64,000 nucleotides of DNA from an uncultured Limnohabitans sp. (GTDB lineage Bacteria; Bacteroidota; Bacteroidia; Cytophagales; Cyclobacteriaceae), in contig CAZTJM010000002.1 in NCBI GenBank assembly GCA_964613865.1, positions 4,132-68,131 on the forward strand. Reading direction: 5' to 3'. The notes under the pieces are model-generated. The model saw nothing but the letters and a program-made list of their open reading frames with translations, was not told where the DNA came from and searched no databases. This document shows positions 58,851 through 64,000 of the stretch, one piece after another. Numbering within the stretch: the stretch's first letter is position 1; each line of letters starts with the position of its first letter. A program made the position numbers and the translations under genes.

Positions 58851-60440
58851 ATGATGAACACAAACCTGAAAAAGCCGATACTCCCGATAGTGATATTTAT
58901 GCTCTGCCTAATCTGGGCTTGCAGCGCTCCCAAAAAGCAGGAAGCCAGTCCCGTCGTGGCCAAAGGCTATGACCGGCATGTGGAACTCCAATGGCCCAAG
59001 CAGGAAGGGATCAGCTCCTACGAAATCTGGGTCAGCACAGAAAACAATAAATTTGCCAAAAGGGGCACTGTGGCAGACACGATTTACATGGATTTTGTGA
59101 ACGACTTGGGCAAGAATCTGAATCTCCAATACAAAGTCGTCGGAATAGATCCCACCGGAGGTTCTTCCGACTTGGGTGTCGTGCAGGCCACTACCCGTGA
59201 TTTTAGTGACGAGGAACTCATCAACATGGTGGAATTCTATACTTTCCGCTATTTCTACCAAGGCGCTGAGCCCAATTCCGGAATGGCTCCGGAACGCATC
59301 CACATCGATGGAGACTATCCGCAAAATGATCAGCGCGTAGTCACTACAGGAGGTACGGGATTTGGAATCTTTGGCCTATTGGCGGGAATAGAGCGAGGCT
59401 GGATCACACGGGAGGAAGGGGCCGACCACTTCCAAAAGATGGTCAACTTTTTGGAAAAGGCAGACCGATTTCACGGGGTTTGGCCACATTGGCTCCATGG
59501 AGACAGCGGTAAGGTGAAGGCCTTTAGCCCAAATGACAATGGAGGTGACCTGGTGGAGTCGGCCTTTTTGATGCAGGGACTGCTGGCCGTGCGGGAATAT
59601 TACAAAAACGGCAGTGAACAGGAAAAAGCGATCGCTGAGAAGATCGATCAGCTTTGGAAAGAAATGGAGTGGGATTGGTATACCCAGGGAAAAAACGTCC
59701 TCTACTGGCATTGGTCTCCGGACAAGGAGTGGGTCATGAACTTTGCCCTCGAGGGATACAACGAGTGCCTGATCACCTACATCCTTGCGGCTGCATCGCC
59801 CACCCATACGATTTCACCGGAAGTGTATCACCAAGGCTGGGCAAGAAGCGGCGGCATCAATACCGACGTGGAAGCTTTTGGCTACAAATTGAGACTTAAG
59901 CACAATGGATCTGAAGCGATGGGAGGCCCGCTTTTTTGGGCGCATTATTCCTATTTGGGGCTGAATCCCAAAGGCCTGAAAGACCGCTATGCGGACTACT
60001 GGGAAGAAAACCGAAACCATACCCTCATCAATCGGGCCTGGTGTGTGGAAAACAAAGAAGGCCATAAGGGATACGGAGAAGACCTTTGGGGTCTGACCGC
60101 CAGCTACTCTGTCAAGGGTTATGCAGCCCACCGACCAGGCGAAGACTTGGGCGTCATCTCTCCCACCGCAGCCCTGTCCTCCATGCCCTACACTCCCGAA
60201 GAAAGCCTGAAAGTGCTCAAAAATCTCTATTACAACTATGGGGAAAAAGTCTTCGGACGCTATGGATTTTACGATGCGATGAGCCCTGAAGAAAACTATT
60301 ATCCCCAAAGATACTTGGCAATCGACCAGGGCCCCATCGTGGCAATGATCGAAAATCATCGAACTGAAATGGGCTGGAAGCTCTTCATGGGCGCTCCGGA
60401 AATCCAAGCCGGGCTGGAAAAACTGGGATTCGAAAAGTGA
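58851..60440 (+). CDS. Second GH144 family lipoprotein, with an N-terminal FN3-like module
   Basis: Lipobox IWAC; TFRYFY.GAEP.SGMAPER, GGDLVESA, GYNE, GGPLFWAHYS and YLAIDQGP motifs. Confidence 0.9.
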   Translation: MMNTNLKKPILPIVIFMLCLIWACSAPKKQEASPVVAKGYDRHVELQWPKQEGISSYEIWVSTENNKFAKRGTVADTIYMDFVNDLGKNLNLQYKVVGIDPTGGSSDLGVVQATTRDFSDEELINMVEFYTFRYFYQGAEPNSGMAPERIHIDGDYPQNDQRVVTTGGTGFGIFGLLAGIERGWITREEGADHFQKMVNFLEKADRFHGVWPHWLHGDSGKVKAFSPNDNGGDLVESAFLMQGLLAVREYYKNGSEQEKAIAEKIDQLWKEMEWDWYTQGKNVLYWHWSPDKEWVMNFALEGYNECLITYILAAASPTHTISPEVYHQGWARSGGINTDVEAFGYKLRLKHNGSEAMGGPLFWAHYSYLGLNPKGLKDRYADYWEENRNHTLINRAWCVENKEGHKGYGEDLWGLTASYSVKGYAAHRPGEDLGVISPTAALSSMPYTPEESLKVLKNLYYNYGEKVFGRYGFYDAMSPEENYYPQRYLAIDQGPIVAMIENHRTEMGWKLFMGAPEIQAGLEKLGFEK

Positions 60441-60509
60441 GAAGGCTTAAATGCTGAAAATCTAGTCTTCCCACCCTTTTATGTCTTGAGGATTTCTATT
60501 TTAGCCTCC

Positions 60510-61001
60510 ATGGCCAAACGAACCCAAGCGAAACTCCTGAAAAAACTCCAGCAACGCTTTGGAAAGCTGTATGCGAGTATGGAACCCTATTACCATCACT
60601 TGGATTTTAGGCTTTTCGACGATTTCGACGATGATGCTTTTGCCTATCTGATGGAAAAAGTGAAAGGGGTGAACATGCTCGACCTAAATGAAACGGACAT
60701 CAGCAACGAGAGCATAGCCTTACTTCCCAGATTGGAATATGTGAAGGAAATCCGGGCCAAAAGCTGCCGAAATCTGGACGACGGCTGTGTCCCTTTTCTC
60801 AACCAAATCAAAGGCTTGCAGTTTCTCCATCTGCGATTCAGCGGGGTGACGATAGATGGATTGCTTCAGCTCACTGACCAAGCTCAACTCAAGACGCTGA
60901 TGTTTTCTGAGGATGATACCGAAAATATCGTCGAAAAGCTGACACAATTGAGAAAACTTTTACCAGCATGCGAGTTGGTAATCAACGGCCAAGCCCTCTG
61001 A
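60510..61001 (+). CDS. Small leucine-rich-repeat-like protein
   Basis: Repeats VNMLDLNETDISNESI, LQFLHLRFSGVTIDGL and LKTLMFS; ATG at 60510. Confidence 0.65.
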   Translation: MAKRTQAKLLKKLQQRFGKLYASMEPYYHHLDFRLFDDFDDDAFAYLMEKVKGVNMLDLNETDISNESIALLPRLEYVKEIRAKSCRNLDDGCVPFLNQIKGLQFLHLRFSGVTIDGLLQLTDQAQLKTLMFSEDDTENIVEKLTQLRKLLPACELVINGQAL

Positions 61002-61070
61002 CCCAACTCGCATTGGTTCAAGTAGCGTCTCATAGGTCATCTACCACCGACTTCCCTTCCACCGGTCAAC

Positions 61071-61131
61071 TAGCTGCCGAAGTGTCGCTCACTGAGCAAG
61101 TCGAAGTGTCGGTCATTGCGCTTGTTGAAGT
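61071..61131. repeat. Degenerate tandem REP-like units between convergent genes
   Basis: TAGCTGCCGAAGTGTC / ACTGAGCAAGTCGAAGTGTC / ATTGCGCTTGTTGAAGT. Confidence 0.4.
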
Positions 61132-61132
61132 A

Positions 61133-63604
61133 CTATTCGCTCTTGATCGACTCCACAGGATTGGCCTGGGCAGATCTCAAAGATTGTAGTGACACGGTCG
61201 CATAGGCCACTACCACAGAGACCAATATTGTCACCAGGAAAAATCCAGCCGAAATCGGTACTCTGTTTGCAAATTGCTCCAGCCATTGATCCATTAGCCA
61301 ATATCCCAGTGGAAGTGCCAACAGCAGAGAGAGGAAAACCATTACAATAAACTCCGCGGTTATTTTATGGACAATTCCCATCGCAGACGCTCCGAGCACC
61401 CTTCGGATTCCGATCTCTTTCCTTTTGGACTCGGCCGTGAAAATCGATAGGCTCAACAGTCCCAAACAGGAAATCAAGAGCGCCAAAAACGCGAATAAGC
61501 CCAGCAGATAGCCTGTTTTGGCTTGCTGTTCGTATTGCATGGCAATCGCTTCGTCCAAGAATCGATAGTCAAAAGGCAATCCCTGATTTACTGACTTCCA
61601 GGTTTCTTTTAGCTGGGTCAAGAGCTCAGGACTGATGCCTTGATTTACCTTAATCAGCGTGTAGCTAGTCCCGTCGAAAGCCGCATTCTTGGCAGGCAAA
61701 TACACCGTTGGCGCAAGACTATAGCGCAGGTCACGGGTGTGGTAATCCTTCACCACCCCGACAATGTTCCCTTTATAATTGGAAAAAAGCTCGCCATTTT
61801 CTTCGGTAAACACCCTTAGATCTGAGCCAATTGCTTCCTGGGCTTCTTTTCCCAGCCAATCCAATGCGGATTCATTGACAATCATTGCAACATTTTCCAA
61901 ATCAGGAAAGCGTCCTCTCATTAGCTTCGAAACTCCTCTGTCTGCACTTTCCTCCCTAAATTCTCGACCTGCCACCATAGACACGCCCAGACTTTCGAAG
62001 TAGCCCGCATCCACGTATTGGACATTGAGATTTTTCGTTTCTCCCTCCTTGATGCCTGGGTAGTCCACCGTTGGATTCCATCCGGTATCCATGCCTGGTC
62101 TGTCACTGGTGAATTTCACCGAGACGACTCCGGGGACTTTAGCCAGTTCCTGCTTGAGGATGTCGCCTTTTTCTTTGGCGACATTCCCCATTTTCACCGA
62201 AACTAGACCTTCAGAATCAAAGCCCATGGAAGTGTTTCTCAGATAATCGTGCTGGTAATACACTACTGAGGCGCAGAACACCAACAATGCGGACAGGACA
62301 AATTGAAAAACGACTAGACTTTTGCGAAGCATGGATTTGCCTCCGGTCAAAGAAGCATTTTTCAGAATAAGCTCCGGACGTAAGCCGGATAGATAGAAAG
62401 CCGGGAAAATCCCAGCCAACAAAGACGAGCCCACCCAAACCACGAGTAGCAATGTCTGCAAAGATCTATCCCCTATCAGATCCAGCGGGACGACAAATCC
62501 CAAGCGGGACGAAATCACCGGAGTCACGAGATAGACGATAAGTAAGCCCAAGGCGAGCGACACCGCGTTGATCAGAAAAGACTCGGACAAAAACTGCCCC
62601 AGCAATTGGCCGCGCTGGGCTCCGTTGACTTTTCTTATCCCGATTTCCTTCGTCCTTTTGATCGCCCTCGCGGTAGCTAGATTGATGAAATTGATGCAGG
62701 CAAGGACGAGTACAAAGATCCCGATAGACAGAAAAACAAAAAGCGTTTGTCTGGACATCGGGGGAGTCCATTCTCCCTGAAAATCAGCATCTGTGTGAAT
62801 ATCCCTAATGGGCTGAAAGAAATGCACATAGGACTTTGCCTCTTCTTCGTTTCGGTACTTGGGATTGACCTCGGGAATGCGGCGTGCGATGTTATCCGCA
62901 TCCGCTTGTGTACTAAGCTTTGCGTAAGTGTAGGTCTGTGGCCACCAGAAACTTCCAAAATCCGCCGTCAGGGGAAAGTCATTGAAAGACTTGAAGGTGC
63001 TCATGGAGGCTATAAAATCGAAGGCCATGTGGGTGTTTTTGGGGAGTGGTTTGAGCACCCCTCTTACTTCAAAAGCAAAGTCACCGGTGGAAATCAAGGT
63101 TTTCCCGACAGGATCCTGATTGCCGAAATACTTTTGGGCCATCTCCTCCGTGATGATCACTTGGTAGGTGTTTTCCAGCACGCCTGCCCAACTGCCCTTA
63201 CTAAGTTCAAATCCGAAAATTTTGTCGAAGCCCGCGTCTGAAAAAATAAACCTGTCTTCCCGGTAGCTTTCCTCTGGCGCAGCTCCCTCAGGCGCACGGA
63301 GGTACGTGCTGATCTGCGTGACGCTCACGACTTCCGAAAGCTCCTCCGTGAACTCCTTTCGCAGCATAGGTGCTACCGCCCCACCTGCCCAAGCCCAGTT
63401 TTGGTCGGAATTAACTCGCTGAACCACGCGATAGAGAGTTTCTGGTTCTGGATGAAACTTGTCGAAGGACTGTTCAAACTTCACAAAAGCCAAAAGAATC
63501 AAGCAGCACGCTAAGCCCAGCGAGAGTCCGAGGACATTGATCAGGGAAAAGGTCTTCTGACGAATCAGGTTTCTCCAGGCAATTTTTAGGTAGTTTTTCA
63601 GCAT
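61133..63604 (-). CDS. MacB/FtsX-like ABC permease, paralogue 5
   Basis: MLKNYLKIAWRNL; CINFINLATA..KEIGIRK and RKEIGIRRVLGA. Confidence 0.93.
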   Translation of the reverse strand: MLKNYLKIAWRNLIRQKTFSLINVLGLSLGLACCLILLAFVKFEQSFDKFHPEPETLYRVVQRVNSDQNWAWAGGAVAPMLRKEFTEELSEVVSVTQISTYLRAPEGAAPEESYREDRFIFSDAGFDKIFGFELSKGSWAGVLENTYQVIITEEMAQKYFGNQDPVGKTLISTGDFAFEVRGVLKPLPKNTHMAFDFIASMSTFKSFNDFPLTADFGSFWWPQTYTYAKLSTQADADNIARRIPEVNPKYRNEEEAKSYVHFFQPIRDIHTDADFQGEWTPPMSRQTLFVFLSIGIFVLVLACINFINLATARAIKRTKEIGIRKVNGAQRGQLLGQFLSESFLINAVSLALGLLIVYLVTPVISSRLGFVVPLDLIGDRSLQTLLLVVWVGSSLLAGIFPAFYLSGLRPELILKNASLTGGKSMLRKSLVVFQFVLSALLVFCASVVYYQHDYLRNTSMGFDSEGLVSVKMGNVAKEKGDILKQELAKVPGVVSVKFTSDRPGMDTGWNPTVDYPGIKEGETKNLNVQYVDAGYFESLGVSMVAGREFREESADRGVSKLMRGRFPDLENVAMIVNESALDWLGKEAQEAIGSDLRVFTEENGELFSNYKGNIVGVVKDYHTRDLRYSLAPTVYLPAKNAAFDGTSYTLIKVNQGISPELLTQLKETWKSVNQGLPFDYRFLDEAIAMQYEQQAKTGYLLGLFAFLALLISCLGLLSLSIFTAESKRKEIGIRRVLGASAMGIVHKITAEFIVMVFLSLLLALPLGYWLMDQWLEQFANRVPISAGFFLVTILVSVVVAYATVSLQSLRSAQANPVESIKSE

Positions 63605-63706
63605 AGTCTCAGAAATGAAAACGATAGGGTTCCTAAGTTGGTGAAGTTTCCAAAATCAAAAGCCGAAACATCTCAGCACTCTCTTGTCTCGGGTTTCGCG
63701 GTTTGG

Positions 63707-64000
63707 CTATTCGCTTTTCAGACTTTTCACCGGATTCATGAGTGCTGCTTTCACTGCCTGCGAACTGACGGTCGCCAAGGCGATCAGTTCCGCGAGGAAG
63801 CCGGACACGACAAAAACCCACCAGTCAATGTCGATTCTATAGGCGAAATCCTCGATCCAACTATCCACCACGTACCAAGATACCGGGACAGCGATCACGA
63901 TTGCCACCAAAACCAGTTTGATGAAATCCCTCGAAAGAATGGCGACTACGCCGCCTACCGAAGCGCCAAGCACTTTGCGGATTCCTATTTCTTTGACCCG
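63707..64000 (-). CDS. C-terminal end of MacB/FtsX-like ABC permease, paralogue 6 (truncated by the window edge)
   Basis: RVKEIGIRKVLGAS...W.EDFAYRIDI...ALMNPVKSLKSE*. Confidence 0.9.
   Translation of the reverse strand, partial: RVKEIGIRKVLGASVGGVVAILSRDFIKLVLVAIVIAVPVSWYVVDSWIEDFAYRIDIDWWVFVVSGFLAELIALATVSSQAVKAALMNPVKSLKSE

Noticed and set aside
56859-60440. True glucoamylase (GH15) or starch utilisation
   Set aside because: The motifs match the GH144 'glycoamylase' family, and no GH13 or SusE/F-type genes are present.
1-64000. tRNA, rRNA, CRISPR arrays, prophage or defence genes
   Set aside because: No cloverleaf, rRNA-like, repeat-spacer, phage or known defence-domain signatures were recognised by eye. 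A tRNAscan/Infernal/DefenseFinder run would be needed to exclude them formally.

Overview
Gene-dense 64 kb of a Bacteroidota chromosome. SusC/SusD pairs, ECF-sigma/FecR and many lipoproteins suggest Cytophagales, plausibly Algoriphagus-like (inference). In order: (1) 1-15118, minus strand: an ECF-sigma/FecR/SusC/SusD locus with no recognisable glycoside hydrolase. It carries a BNR_4 propeller, a PQQ sugar dehydrogenase-cytochrome c fusion, an Nramp-like transporter, an SDR/epimerase, a DHDPS/NAL-family aldolase and a second propeller cut by the window edge. (2) 16312-21592: a subtilisin (S8) protease with 12 hemopexin repeats, two 4-blade blocks of which are inserted inside the catalytic domain. 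It is followed by a stand-alone copy of its own prodomain and an ATP-grasp ligase. (3) An orphan wza-wzc pair, DUF4136 and OmpA/MotB lipoproteins, and an IS1182 remnant. (4) Six MacB/FtsX-like ABC permease paralogues with only one ATPase and one TolC in view; three operon heads share an upstream TGGCAT plus CGRACA-N4-YGTYCG motif. (5) A Gfo/Idh/MocA + DUF1080 pair. (6) 48732-60440: a GH144 (beta-1,2-glucan-type) PUL preceded by a 7TM-DISM membrane sensor whose output is an IS1595-transposase-type zinc ribbon/HTH. No tRNA, rRNA or CRISPR array was seen. All family calls come from motif recognition by eye; no database search was run.
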